From Pelagomonas calceolata (lineage: Eukaryota), in assembly GCA_918797485.1 (NCBI GenBank), contig CAKKNE010000005.1, positions 4,030,001 through 4,094,000 on the forward strand: 64,000 nt of DNA. Reading direction: 5' to 3'. Positions 1 to 10,145 of the stretch are shown piece after piece. The translations under genes and the position numbers were made by a program. The notes beneath the pieces were generated by a model that saw only the letters and a list, made by a program, of their open reading frames with translations, made no database searches and was not told the DNA's origin. Positions within the stretch are counted from its first letter, which is position 1. Each line of letters opens with the position of its first letter.

Positions 1-895
1 CATTTGAAGCCCGGCGCGGCGCGCTCGGGAGGAGGCCGTTATCAGCAAAAACGTCCAGCAGGTTCGCCGCGTCAAACAAGACGTGCGGCGCGCCGCGCTC
101 GATGCGGACCGTCGCGCCCGGGATTAATTGCGCGAGCCTTCGCGCCTCGCGCACGGACGGCAGCACCGCGTCATTCTCCGAGGCCACGAGCACGCAATTA
201 GAGGCCCAGCGCGGCGGCGCCTTGAGCCGCTTGAGCGCGTCGTTGACGGACGCCGCGCCGTTCCGCAACAGAGCTCTCTCGCGGTGCGTGAGCGTCTCGC
301 GGGGCAACGCCGCGGCCAGGCCCTCGCCCAGCGCCGCCGTCCAGCCGGGCCGGCCCATGATCGGCGTCACGACCGGCGCCAGCGTCTCGTAGACCCGCGT
401 CGGCAGCCTCGGCAACAACCCGGTGATGCGCGAGACCGGCGCGCGCGCGTACGACGACGCGCTGTTGCACAGCACGAGCGACGCGACGCGCTCGGGGCGC
501 GCGAGCGCCAGACCTAAAGCCGCCAGCGCGCCCATCGACTCCGCCACGATGTGCACTTGACCGTCCGGCGCCGCCGCCGCCGCCGAGGCCGCGAGCCGTA
601 CGAGGTCGCCGTGCGACGACCGGTCCGACGGGTCCAGTACGAGCGCGCGCACGTCGAACCATTCGCCTAAGCGCTTCCAGTTCCGTGCGCCGACGCGCGG
701 CGAGCCGTCGAGGCCGCCGAGGGCCAGGAGCACCGGCTTATCGTCCGTGCATTCGGGATCGACGCGGACGAAGCGCGCCGTATCGAGCGCTTCCGGCACT
801 TCCGTGAACTGGCGGCGCGTCAGTGGCGTGAGTTTGTGTGCTTGAGGTGCGAATGCACCGGTGCACGCTACGAGCAGCGTCGCACGAGTCAGCAT
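1..895 (-). CDS. Plastid-targeted alpha/beta-hydrolase of the phytyl ester synthase / esterase-lipase-thioesterase (acyltransferase-like) family, 3' end runs off the window
   Basis: Hand translation from ATG 895: MLTRATLLVACTGAFAP (signal + ASAF-like), KPVLLALGGLDGS, FDVRALVLDPSDRSS, VHIVAESMGALAAL, LVLCNSASSY. Absent from the ORF track, consistent with no stop before the edge. Confidence 0.7.
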   Translation of the reverse strand, partial: MLTRATLLVACTGAFAPQAHKLTPLTRRQFTEVPEALDTARFVRVDPECTDDKPVLLALGGLDGSPRVGARNWKRLGEWFDVRALVLDPSDRSSHGDLVRLAASAAAAAPDGQVHIVAESMGALAALGLALARPERVASLVLCNSASSYARAPVSRITGLLPRLPTRVYETLAPVVTPIMGRPGWTAALGEGLAAALPRETLTHRERALLRNGAASVNDALKRLKAPPRWASNCVLVASENDAVLPSVREARRLAQLIPGATVRIERGAPHVLFDAANLLDVFADNGLLPSAPRRASN

Positions 896-1219
896 GTTTC
901 AAGGTGATTTAGTCAGCGGGTGCAAAAGTGACGGAGAAGCTGCAAGGAAGTCGTAAGATTGAACGCAGATAATTATATCGTTGCTCGTCGCAGCGCCTCT
1001 GGAACTCTCCTAGGCTGGACAAAAGCAAGAGGTTGGCAAAAAAACGAGTTAGCGGTCTGTAACACACTATGCCTAGGGAGTCTATTGCGCTATTAGTGAG
1101 GGGGTTAGGCTATAACAACACACACACTAGTAATTTACACGTCGTCGTGGTTTGTGGAGCGTTTGTGAGTCAATAAATCGTTTCAGACGAGCAGGAATCA
1201 CAGACAGAACGCCTTAGCC

Positions 1220-2002
1220 ATGCCGTCACTCATCAAAGACCTGGCCGGCTACTTCCTAGGCAGTGTACCTGAGGCAAGCAAAGCAAGGCCACCTGCCACG
1301 ACGCCGGCGCAGCGCGACGACAAAACGGACGCAAAAACCTGGTGGTGGGAGACCCGCGAAACAGATAGAGACGCCTTCGCGAGCAGCCGGCACCGCGCGC
1401 ACCTGCCGCGCTGCAAGCGGACGGGCCGCCCGCTCAAAATCCTCGCGCTGCACGGCCGCGGGAGCAACAACGACATCACGGCGATTCAGCTTTCCTCATT
1501 AGAAGTCCCGACGCGCTGCGTCGCCGACCTGCTCTCCGCGCCGCGTGACTCGAGCCCGCAGAGCGACGTGTTTCATATGTTGTCGAACCGGCCCTTTCAC
1601 GAGTGGGGCCATGATGAAAAGGCCTTAAAAGGCGTCCTGGCCTACATTGAGCGGTACGGTCCCTACGACGGGCTCTACGGCTTCAGCCAAGGCGCCGCCG
1701 TCGTCACCGCGCTGTCAAAGCCGGGCGTCGCCGAGGGCTTCGGCTCGAAGCGGACGTGGCGCTTCGTCATATGCGCCTGTGGAGTGCCGCCGCCGGGCGA
1801 CGGGACGGTAGATCTGCCGTCGCTACAAATTTCGGGCAGGCGGGACCCGTTTCTCTCAGCATCGCGCGCGCTGGCCGACGTCTACGAGGCTCCCGTGCTC
1901 CTGGAGCACGCGGGTGGCCACGAGCTGCCCCTGAAATTGCGCCACGACGCGCGGTTCAAGGACGCGCTCGACGCGTTCTTCGACCGCGTGCTCGAGCTCT
2001 AG
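1220..2002 (+). CDS. FSH1/OVCA2-family serine hydrolase
   Basis: LKILALHGRG, GPYDGLYGFSQGA nucleophile motif, GRRDPF, HAGGHELP. Confidence 0.85.
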   Translation: MPSLIKDLAGYFLGSVPEASKARPPATTPAQRDDKTDAKTWWWETRETDRDAFASSRHRAHLPRCKRTGRPLKILALHGRGSNNDITAIQLSSLEVPTRCVADLLSAPRDSSPQSDVFHMLSNRPFHEWGHDEKALKGVLAYIERYGPYDGLYGFSQGAAVVTALSKPGVAEGFGSKRTWRFVICACGVPPPGDGTVDLPSLQISGRRDPFLSASRALADVYEAPVLLEHAGGHELPLKLRHDARFKDALDAFFDRVLEL

Positions 2003-2203
2003 GTTTTGTGTTTAATATACGTATCTATGTGTCCATTGGTGTTGATGCGTCGCGTCGACGGCGTGCAAGTCGGCTCGATGGCTCGACGGCGCCCGGAATG
2101 TGCGCGGAAGCCACCCCGAACCAAAAGAGACAAAAAAAGTGGTGAGCCTGCCAGCTGAGCTTACAAGCTACCAAACGTGTCATTCTGCTGCCCGTGCCTC
2201 GTT

Positions 2204-3748
2204 ATGCGCCCGCAGCATCTCGCACTTTGCCTTTTGTGCGCCGTCGTCAGCGGAAAGCGCACTAAGAAAACCAAGCAGCCCACGGCTGCACCCACGCCCG
2301 CGCCCACGGGCGCGCAGACAGCCGTGTCGGGCCACACACAAGCTACCCTCCTTTACGAGAATAGCTCCTGTGAGGGCAGCGACCAGGGCGCCTACCTGGG
2401 CACGCCAGCGTCGGTAGACGAGTGTGCCGTGTCCGCCGCGGCTGCAGGATGCGACATGTTCATGTTCTCGGCGAGCTACGGCTACGCCTGGGGCTGCCGT
2501 TGTTGCTCCGCGAAGACGCAATACCACGACAACTGGAGCATCTACTCCGTGGACTCGAAGAACAGCCAACGCACGACGCCGCGGCCAACTCCTCGGCCGC
2601 GGCCAACTCCTCGGCCGACTCCGCGGCCGACGCCGCGGCCGACTCCGCGACCGACACCGCGGCCGACGTCCGCGCCGACGTCCACGCACTCCTGCCCGAC
2701 GGGCTATGTGGCGGACTGCGAAGGCAGCGGCCCGGGCGGCCACTGCTGTCCGGAGCGCTGGCTCGGCAACGGCGACTGCGACGACCACTACGAATTCATG
2801 AAGCACTGCGACCTGACTTGCTACGATAACGACGGCGGCGACTGCGTCGCGACGACGCCGGGACCCACTCCCGAGCCGACTGCGGAACCGACTCTCGCGC
2901 CGACGCTCGCGCCGACGCTCGCGCCGACGCTCGCGCCGACGACCGAGGAACCGCTGGCGGTCGTCCACGGCTCACTCACGCTATCCGGCCTTGTGTCGCC
3001 GACCCGCTCCGAGCAGGTGCTGCGGGGCGCCATCGCAGGGGTCGCGGGCGTCCCCATGGAGGCCGTGCGGATCATCAGTATCCAAACTCAGAGGCGCCAC
3101 TTGCGCCGCCGGCTGGAGGCCTCCACCGTCGTCGTCGACTACGAGATCGAGGCCACAGATTCGGAGGCCGTCGCCCGAAAACTCGCCGAGACGACCCCCG
3201 CGCAATTCGACGCGGTGATCCAGGACGTCGCCGCCGCCGCGGGCGCCGGGGCCGCCTTCGCGGACGTGAGAACCGAGGAGATAAGCGTGGCAGGCGCGGA
3301 AGACGGTGAAGAGGAGGAGGAGGACGACGACGACGCATCCACCACGTCAAAGTTTGCCTCCGTGAAATTCATTGCGAGCGTCGCCGCCGGGTGCTTCTGC
3401 CTTGCGGCGGCGCTGGCGGTCAGATGGTGCCTCCTCCATAGGCGCGGGAAGAAGACGCCAGCAGTCGTCATTGAATACCCGCGTTTCGCGCCGATCAAGG
3501 AACGCCCTGGTGCTCCCGTCGCGTACGCGCGGCCCGTTCCGTCGGCGCCGCCCCTGGCGCCTCTCGCGCCGGAGCCGCCGCTGGCGTCGATCAAGGAGCG
3601 GGCCCTGGCGGAGGCCGCCCACGCGACCGGCGAGGCGGAGGCGGCCCCGGGCGCCTACGGGGGCATGGGAATCGCGCCCGAGAGCGAGTACGGAGGCATC
3701 GTCGCGCACGAGCCCGCTCCGGCGGGCGAGTACGAGGCGGAATGCTAG
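2204..3748 (+). CDS. Type I membrane/cell-surface protein with Cys-rich modules (one LNR-like) and Pro/Thr-rich linkers
   Basis: Signal peptide, (RPTP)n and (PTLA)n repeats, CPERWLGNGDCDD...CYDNDGGDC, one TM near IASVAAGCFCLAAALAV. Confidence 0.6.
   Translation: MRPQHLALCLLCAVVSGKRTKKTKQPTAAPTPAPTGAQTAVSGHTQATLLYENSSCEGSDQGAYLGTPASVDECAVSAAAAGCDMFMFSASYGYAWGCRCCSAKTQYHDNWSIYSVDSKNSQRTTPRPTPRPRPTPRPTPRPTPRPTPRPTPRPTSAPTSTHSCPTGYVADCEGSGPGGHCCPERWLGNGDCDDHYEFMKHCDLTCYDNDGGDCVATTPGPTPEPTAEPTLAPTLAPTLAPTLAPTTEEPLAVVHGSLTLSGLVSPTRSEQVLRGAIAGVAGVPMEAVRIISIQTQRRHLRRRLEASTVVVDYEIEATDSEAVARKLAETTPAQFDAVIQDVAAAAGAGAAFADVRTEEISVAGAEDGEEEEEDDDDASTTSKFASVKFIASVAAGCFCLAAALAVRWCLLHRRGKKTPAVVIEYPRFAPIKERPGAPVAYARPVPSAPPLAPLAPEPPLASIKERALAEAAHATGEAEAAPGAYGGMGIAPESEYGGIVAHEPAPAGEYEAEC
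2574..2680 (+). repeat. Coding 12-bp tandem repeat encoding (RPTP)n
   Basis: Repeated ccgcggccgac/ccaact units inside the CDS. Confidence 0.8.
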
Positions 3749-4089
3749 CACGGCCGGCTCTCCCCCTTCTTTGTAGTGCATGTAAGTTCAAGATGTAGAT
3801 CAAATAACCCTCGGAACGACGGCTGAACCAAGATTCGACGATGCGGGTTCTCGGCCGCGATTCGTCCTCGGAGAAGGATTAGCTAGTGTAGTAACATACT
3901 AGTAGCGTCCCGAAGCTGCTTTTGGCTTTAACAAGCTGTTGCTCCGGCATACTTCACCGCTACATACCTAAAAGACGTCACCGGGCTCCAGTGATCGGCC
4001 CCCGCCGAGCTGCCGCCGCGGCACACGGCAGCGAAGTAAAGGGCTTCAAAGGGCTACAGATCACGCGCCACCGTGCCGGCGCGCCAGCC

Positions 4090-5454
4090 ATGGCTCTTCC
4101 CCGATACCTGCTCACACTGCTGGCCCTGACCACGGCCTGCCGCTACGAGGAGGCCACGACCTACCGCGCGAACAAGATGTTTTTTACGGAGTACTACATG
4201 TACGCGTCAGATGAAGGACCGTTCCCCTTTACTGGTGGCGAGAGCTACGTCCTGGCTGATCTAAGAGCCAAACTATCGATGAAAGGCACGCGCGCGAACG
4301 TCACGGTCATGGCCTTTAGCACGGACGAGGAACTCGATTCGATCGATAGTATTGACCTCTGCCTTGGGAATATCAACACGGTGTCACCGCGAGAGAAGCG
4401 CAAGACCTTCGCGGTGACCGGCGACCACCCGTCACACCTCTATTTGAAGTATAGTGTACATACAGCTGGCTTACAATACCTAGCGTTACAAGTCTGCGAC
4501 GGGGGCTGGCTGAGCGGCATGGAGCTCAATGGCGTGTTCGAGTTCAAAAACCCGTACGGCTTCGTGCCCGGGAGATACTTTGGTTTTTTGCCGTTCGAAG
4601 GCGCGCGATGCATCTTCTTTTCGTTGTTTGTGCTCTACTACCTCTGCGTGCTCTGCGCGCATAGCGGTAGATTACTACCGCTGCACTTCCTGACGTTCAT
4701 CGTTCTGCTCGTGTGTGTGGCGGAAAGCGCGGCAGCTTTCTCCGGGTATCTCGAACAGAACAGCACAGGCCAGCCCCAGTGCTGCCCCTTTCCTCGCATT
4801 GTCGTGGCCTCGATGGTTTTGGAACTACTACGAAGAGGCGCTACAAGGGTACTACTCTTAGTAGTTTCACTAGGATACGGTCTCGTGCGACCGCGACTGA
4901 GACGGACGGAGGAGTGCGGCGTCATCGTGCTGACCGCGGCGTACGTCACGGCGTCGTTTTTCGCGACGATCGCCAAGGTGAAGAACGCGGCGGACCCGGA
5001 CTTCGCGGCGGGCCCCCTCGTGCCGTTGATGGTGGAGTTGCCCGTGCTGCTGTTTGATCTGGTTTTTTTAGCTTGTATTTATGCCGCGCTGGTGAAGACG
5101 ATGGACTCCTTGCGAGATTCGGGCCAGACATATAAATTAGAAAAGTTCTGGCGGCTGGCGAAGGTGCTGGGTGGGTTCGTGTTTCTCGTGTCGGTGCTGA
5201 ACGCGTTTATTTTTGCCTCGCGCGAACCGCTGTCACTCTTCAACTGGCCGCACCAGATCTACTGGGTCCAGGGCGTCTCGCAGGAGGTCTTGAATGTGGG
5301 CGTCATCGCCACGATCAGTGTGATCTGGCAGCCCACCGAGCATTCCAGATTACTGGTCTCGATGCAGCAGCTGAACACGGACGAGTTCGGGGATACCGGT
5401 CTGGAGGACTCCGACGACGGCTTCGAGATGACGGAGAAGGGAGGTATTGCGTAA
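4090..5454 (+). CDS. GOST-family (lung seven-TM; TMEM87/GPR107-like) membrane protein
   Basis: Signal peptide, FKNPYGFVPG..FLPF, LLLVVSLGYGLVRPRL, KLEKF, IWQPT; about 7 hydrophobic segments. Confidence 0.8.
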   Translation: MALPRYLLTLLALTTACRYEEATTYRANKMFFTEYYMYASDEGPFPFTGGESYVLADLRAKLSMKGTRANVTVMAFSTDEELDSIDSIDLCLGNINTVSPREKRKTFAVTGDHPSHLYLKYSVHTAGLQYLALQVCDGGWLSGMELNGVFEFKNPYGFVPGRYFGFLPFEGARCIFFSLFVLYYLCVLCAHSGRLLPLHFLTFIVLLVCVAESAAAFSGYLEQNSTGQPQCCPFPRIVVASMVLELLRRGATRVLLLVVSLGYGLVRPRLRRTEECGVIVLTAAYVTASFFATIAKVKNAADPDFAAGPLVPLMVELPVLLFDLVFLACIYAALVKTMDSLRDSGQTYKLEKFWRLAKVLGGFVFLVSVLNAFIFASREPLSLFNWPHQIYWVQGVSQEVLNVGVIATISVIWQPTEHSRLLVSMQQLNTDEFGDTGLEDSDDGFEMTEKGGIA

Positions 5455-5511
5455 AAGTCACACTAAAGTTAATATCACAGCCGCGTCGATGGCGTGGGGG
5501 AGGCCGATGAG

Positions 5512-6825
5512 TCACATCTCGTGACCCTTGCCCGGGCGCCGCTGGACACGACGCTTCGCAGCACGCGCCGCGCCCCGCGTCGTCGGCACCGACCGACGCT
5601 TTTCTAGACGCTTTGCAAGTTCCCCGGGCAAGGTCCCGTAGGACACGTTGTATTGTAAAGCGCGCAAATGGAAGACGTCGCGCCACTCTTTTTTATGTCT
5701 TTTGACCGGAGTACCCGATTTATCAATGAAGGTCCGCCCGTCAAATACATAAGAAGGCGGCCGCCGCGACAGGTACATCTGGAAGGACGCGTCGTTGATC
5801 AGATACGGCACGCAGGGGTCGCCGTCGAACGCCGCCTTGTCCGGTCGGTAGGTCGACGAGGGCCCTTCCCTTTGACAGTGGAAGGCGAGCTGGCGCTTTC
5901 TCAGGCGTAATTTATCCCTTTCTTGTTCTCCATCGGGACCCAGCTTCACAAATCGCGATGCTACTGCAGCGTCCGCAGCATTGTAGAGCAGGAGGTCGTT
6001 CCGATGGAGCGAAACGATCGCCTCGTGCAAATCACGAGGGAGCTCCTTGAGCAACGGTTCGACACAAAGAACTGCTCTTCCATCATAGCGCACTCCATCA
6101 GAACAGGACACGTGGACATCTAGATGCAAAATATCCTCGGGGGCCCAGCCTAGAGCTCTCCTCAATACAATTAAACTCTCGTCCATCCTCGCTGTTGTCA
6201 GGAGTAGGATGTTGTCCATCTGCTGGATGAATGACGACGTAGCAGACGCATTGCGCAAGCCCAAAACACGAGACTGGTAGTCGCCACCTCTACCCCTGGC
6301 CACATGCTTCCGTAATGCCTCGAAGAACAGCTGTGTAGTGTCGCCATCGAGCTCCTTCTTAGTGTCCCGCTCGGCGTGCGCGAAGTAGTTCATCATCGAT
6401 ATGTAGCGCGCGAGCGGTTCTCGCAGCGAAACGACGAGTCGCGCGCCCGGCACGGCTTTCCCGTAATACGTCTGCAATTGTGCAAACTCATACACAGGTA
6501 ACCGCCGCATCTTGAACTTCTTGCCGGAGGGCAGCAGCATGACGTCGGACGGGTTGCCCTCGTTCGCGGAACCATACACGTGCGCGTATAATATAGAAGG
6601 CGTCTCGGCCTTTTTGAGGCGGCTGCCGAAGCGCGGCGCCGGGTCCAGAGGATGTGTCGTGCCGTAGAGTCGCGCTTGCCACTTGTATTTGTTGGCCGCG
6701 CGCGCCAGGATGCCACCTAGGGTTGTCGAGGCTGTTTTGTGCATCTTGGGCCCGGCTAATCGTGGTTCCGGCGGCTGTGAGGCGGCACATAGTAGTGCGG
6801 TGGGCAGCCACAGCGACCGGCGCAT
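5512..6825 (-). CDS. Galactose-3-O-sulfotransferase-like Golgi sulfotransferase
   Basis: 5'-PSB motif KMHKTASTT, 3'-PB motif LREPLARYIS, MDESLIVLRRALGW, NDLLLY. Confidence 0.75.
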   Translation of the reverse strand: MRRSLWLPTALLCAASQPPEPRLAGPKMHKTASTTLGGILARAANKYKWQARLYGTTHPLDPAPRFGSRLKKAETPSILYAHVYGSANEGNPSDVMLLPSGKKFKMRRLPVYEFAQLQTYYGKAVPGARLVVSLREPLARYISMMNYFAHAERDTKKELDGDTTQLFFEALRKHVARGRGGDYQSRVLGLRNASATSSFIQQMDNILLLTTARMDESLIVLRRALGWAPEDILHLDVHVSCSDGVRYDGRAVLCVEPLLKELPRDLHEAIVSLHRNDLLLYNAADAAVASRFVKLGPDGEQERDKLRLRKRQLAFHCQREGPSSTYRPDKAAFDGDPCVPYLINDASFQMYLSRRPPSYVFDGRTFIDKSGTPVKRHKKEWRDVFHLRALQYNVSYGTLPGELAKRLEKRRSVPTTRGAARAAKRRVQRRPGKGHEM

Positions 6826-6947
6826 CGCTGCGGCACGCCTGCGGCTAGGCTCAAAAATCGATGCCACAGCCGGACACAGCAGCAGGCTTTGAGACTATTT
6901 TGGGCGCCGGGCTGCCGTGACAGGTGGGCTCCGACGGCGTTTTTAGC

Positions 6948-8120
6948 ATGCTCCTCACCAAGTGCGCCTCATGTGCTGCCGAACTTGGCTTAACTTCGGG
7001 GAAGAAATGCGGCCGCTGCGCTACACGCTACTGTGGCCCTGCATGCCAGGTGCAGCATTGGAACGAAGGCGGGCACGACCAGCTCTGCAAGAAAATTAAG
7101 CGAGGCGGTGGCGCCGAACAATATCATGCAGACATGATGTGCACGGTGGCCGTCGCGGTCGCGGTCGCTAAGTGCGTGGACGACACGAATGGCCAGACGT
7201 GCTACATCTGCACGGAGGTCGTCCATCGGCGCACGGGAGAAGGTCTCGTGCGCGGATGCGCATGTGGAGATCGTGACGGCGTCGCTTCCGGGACGGCGGG
7301 CGTCGTGCACGTGGCGTGCTTGGCGGAGCAGGCGAAGCTTTTGTGTGACGAGGCCGAGGAGAATAATTTGGACTGGGATGCGAAGAGTGAGAGATGGGCG
7401 CGGTGGTACACTTGCAGTCTCTGCGAGCAAAAATACCACGGCGTCGTCCGGTGCGCGCTCGGGTGGGCGTGCTGGAAAACGTACGTGGGCCGGCCGGAGG
7501 CAAACTGGGCTCGACGTGCCGCGACGACGGAGCTCGGGTGCGGTTTACACTCTGCAGAGCACTACGAAGACGCATTGACCGTCAGAGAGGCCGACCTGGC
7601 TCTAGCGAGGCGCTTTGGCGAAACGCGCAACATGCTCGTCATGCTGAGCAATCTTGCGAGCACATATGAAGAGCTTGAACGACGACCTGAAGCCCTGCCG
7701 ATGCGGCGAGAGGTATACTCTGTAACTTTGCAGCTTTATGGTGAAGAACATATCGAATCGCTCATAGAAGCCAACAACTACGCGGGGAATCTTAGTAGTC
7801 TAAGGCGCTTCAAAGAAGCCAAGTCTTTGATGCGGAAGACAATACCCGTCGCGCAGCGTGTTCTCGGGATGTCGAATGACCTCACGCTCAGAATGCGGTG
7901 GATTTATGGGGACGCGCTCTACGAGGCCGACGGCGCCACGCTCGACGATCTCCGCGAGGCAGTGACGACGCTCGAGGACACGGCACGGATCGCGCGTCGC
8001 GTGCTCGGCGGCGCTCATCCGTTCACCGTGCACATTGAGCGAACCCTACAAAACGCGCGGTCGAAGCTCGTGTCCTTCGAGGCGCTCTCCGAGAGAATGC
8101 GCGACCTAAGCGTAAGCTAG
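6948..8120 (+). CDS. MYND zinc finger + RINGv-like + TPR (kinesin-light-chain-like) protein
   Basis: CASC...CGRCATRYCGPACQVQHW..GHDQLC; CYIC...GCAC...HVACL...CSLC; SNLAST, ANNYAG, ARRVLGGAHP. Confidence 0.75.
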   Translation: MLLTKCASCAAELGLTSGKKCGRCATRYCGPACQVQHWNEGGHDQLCKKIKRGGGAEQYHADMMCTVAVAVAVAKCVDDTNGQTCYICTEVVHRRTGEGLVRGCACGDRDGVASGTAGVVHVACLAEQAKLLCDEAEENNLDWDAKSERWARWYTCSLCEQKYHGVVRCALGWACWKTYVGRPEANWARRAATTELGCGLHSAEHYEDALTVREADLALARRFGETRNMLVMLSNLASTYEELERRPEALPMRREVYSVTLQLYGEEHIESLIEANNYAGNLSSLRRFKEAKSLMRKTIPVAQRVLGMSNDLTLRMRWIYGDALYEADGATLDDLREAVTTLEDTARIARRVLGGAHPFTVHIERTLQNARSKLVSFEALSERMRDLSVS

Positions 8121-8156
8121 ACTACTACGAATTTCTCTTACCCCACCGCCTCCAGA

Positions 8157-9635
8157 CTAGCGGATCACGAGCTTCAGGAACTTCTCGATCCAGGGGTGCC
8201 TCGAGATCGGCGCGAGCAGCGCCTGCGCGCCCTTCGCCGCGAGCACCGTCACATAGAGCACGGGCGCGGACGCCATGTTCAGCAGGTATTTCGGCACCCC
8301 GATCAGCGTCAATTCCCCGCATTGCACGAGGTACCCGGCGCGCCCAACGACCCACGGCCACAGGTCGTGATGCGTGTCTTTCACGAAGCGCTTGACGCGC
8401 TCCTTCGAGAACTTGACTCCTCTACTATAGTACCTTGCTCCCAGTCCTAGAGCGCGTTTCACATATAAGATGGGCGTCAGGATGATTTTCGTCGTCTTCG
8501 CTAGGGTTGAGGGTCCGTCAGAACGCCTAGACTTCTTCTTCTTCGGCCTTCTTGGAAAGATCTTGTGCGCCGTCTTCGCCGCGTCCGATGCTGCCGACTG
8601 TAACCCTGAAACAAGATTGACGGCGGGGCCCAGTATCAAGTCGGAGTGTCGCCCCACGAAGGCCACGCCTCTAAGAGCTAATCTATCAATCTGGTACTTG
8701 TGGATGTAGCACAAATCCCCGATGCCCGCCGTGAGCTCAAAGGCACCGACGACGGCCGGCGCGTACAGAGCCAAAACACTGGGAGGAGGCGCGCGCGCCG
8801 CCCAGACCGGCGGCAGAGGCCAGACGCCCGTTTGGATGGTCCGGAGACCACCGACCGTGAACGCAACGGCTATCAGCGTGCGGGCGACTTGGATTTTTAA
8901 AGACAAACCGTGGGCCTCCTTCGCGCGTTCCGCAGCTATCGATTCCTTAGTTATCGTCTTCGCGACCGCTTGCCGCGCACTTTCGGCCGCATCTTTCACG
9001 GACTTGCGGTGGTGGTGGTGCGGATCCAAGCTCAACAAATCGTGGAGCTCCTCCTCGCCGGGGAAGCGGTGTTCTGGACTCAAGATCTCCCGCGTCGCCT
9101 GGCCGATGCGCAACCGCTCAATGAGTTCCGCCGTGGCATGGTCGAAGATGGAGGTTGCGCTACGAGCAACTAAGACGCCCCAGGCCAATCCGGGCGCTAA
9201 CTTGGACGGTTCTGGGACTTTCATAACTGCCGCGGCACACGCCGCGCCGATGGACGCCGACGTCGCCCGCTTCGCCCAGAGCGTCTGGGGCGTCTTGGCC
9301 CGCTCAAAGAAGTCCACCTTGACCACGGCCTTCACGGCCAACCGCAGGTAGAAGTGGGAGACGTAGAAAATCTGGAACGCGGCGACGCCCCTCGGCCCAA
9401 ACATGGCCGTCGCTCCTGGGGGTCTGAAGAGTAACATAGCACCCACAGCGGTCCTCGTGGCGGCTAAGGGCGTGGCGACGGCGTCGGTCCGCTCCTGGAT
9501 GCTACTCGCCTCGATCGCGTCTCGCGCGACTCGCCCAAAAATGCCGCCGCCCCTCACATGGACGGCCGGAGGCAGCGGTTTGGTCAGTCGAGCTGCTGTG
9601 GTCGCGAGCGCCGCCACGAGGAGGGCGCACCGCAT
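8157..9635 (-). CDS. Hypothetical membrane protein with signal peptide
   Basis: ~490-aa ORF, MRCALLVAALATTAA signal, VRGG motif, several hydrophobic segments. Confidence 0.55.
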   Translation of the reverse strand: MRCALLVAALATTAARLTKPLPPAVHVRGGGIFGRVARDAIEASSIQERTDAVATPLAATRTAVGAMLLFRPPGATAMFGPRGVAAFQIFYVSHFYLRLAVKAVVKVDFFERAKTPQTLWAKRATSASIGAACAAAVMKVPEPSKLAPGLAWGVLVARSATSIFDHATAELIERLRIGQATREILSPEHRFPGEEELHDLLSLDPHHHHRKSVKDAAESARQAVAKTITKESIAAERAKEAHGLSLKIQVARTLIAVAFTVGGLRTIQTGVWPLPPVWAARAPPPSVLALYAPAVVGAFELTAGIGDLCYIHKYQIDRLALRGVAFVGRHSDLILGPAVNLVSGLQSAASDAAKTAHKIFPRRPKKKKSRRSDGPSTLAKTTKIILTPILYVKRALGLGARYYSRGVKFSKERVKRFVKDTHHDLWPWVVGRAGYLVQCGELTLIGVPKYLLNMASAPVLYVTVLAAKGAQALLAPISRHPWIEKFLKLVIR

Positions 9636-10145
9636 CGCTGCGACGGCCGCCGGTTGCAACAGGTACTATCTATGGAGGGCAGCAGGCGCAGCGGTCGGCG
9701 TGTCCACCGCCCTGTGGAGCTGCTCGCTCGTGGCTGCGTTGCTGCGGCCGCGATTTATGCTGCCCCTGGCCGCACGGCGGCCAGTGCAAATGGCCTGCTG
9801 ATGCCAGCCCAAAATGCTTCTTGCAAGCTCGGGCTCGGGTTGAGCGCCAGTGCCAGGCTGCCCTACCTCTCGTGAAGAGTGCTCGGAGGCGCTTACCGGC
9901 CGGCGCTTGGACGGGTGCTTGCCTCGATTTGCAAGCATCTCAGTTTTTTGCAGCAAGAGCATCACTTTTGCTCGCCTCAAACGCGGCCGCTGCAACTGCC
10001 TGGCACTCCCGCGTTGTTGTGGAGCTAGCGAACTGTGCGGAGCAATCCTACGCCGAAGCTTGTGCAACGGCGGAAGCAATACCGCTAGCACAAGCAAACA
10101 CAAGAGCGGGAGCTGTATCTACTCTGCGCAGAAGCAACAGCAACG

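Noticed and set aside
2574..2945. Short tandem repeats as a possible CRISPR array
   Set aside because: No unique spacers, they encode Pro/Thr linkers, and no cas genes are present
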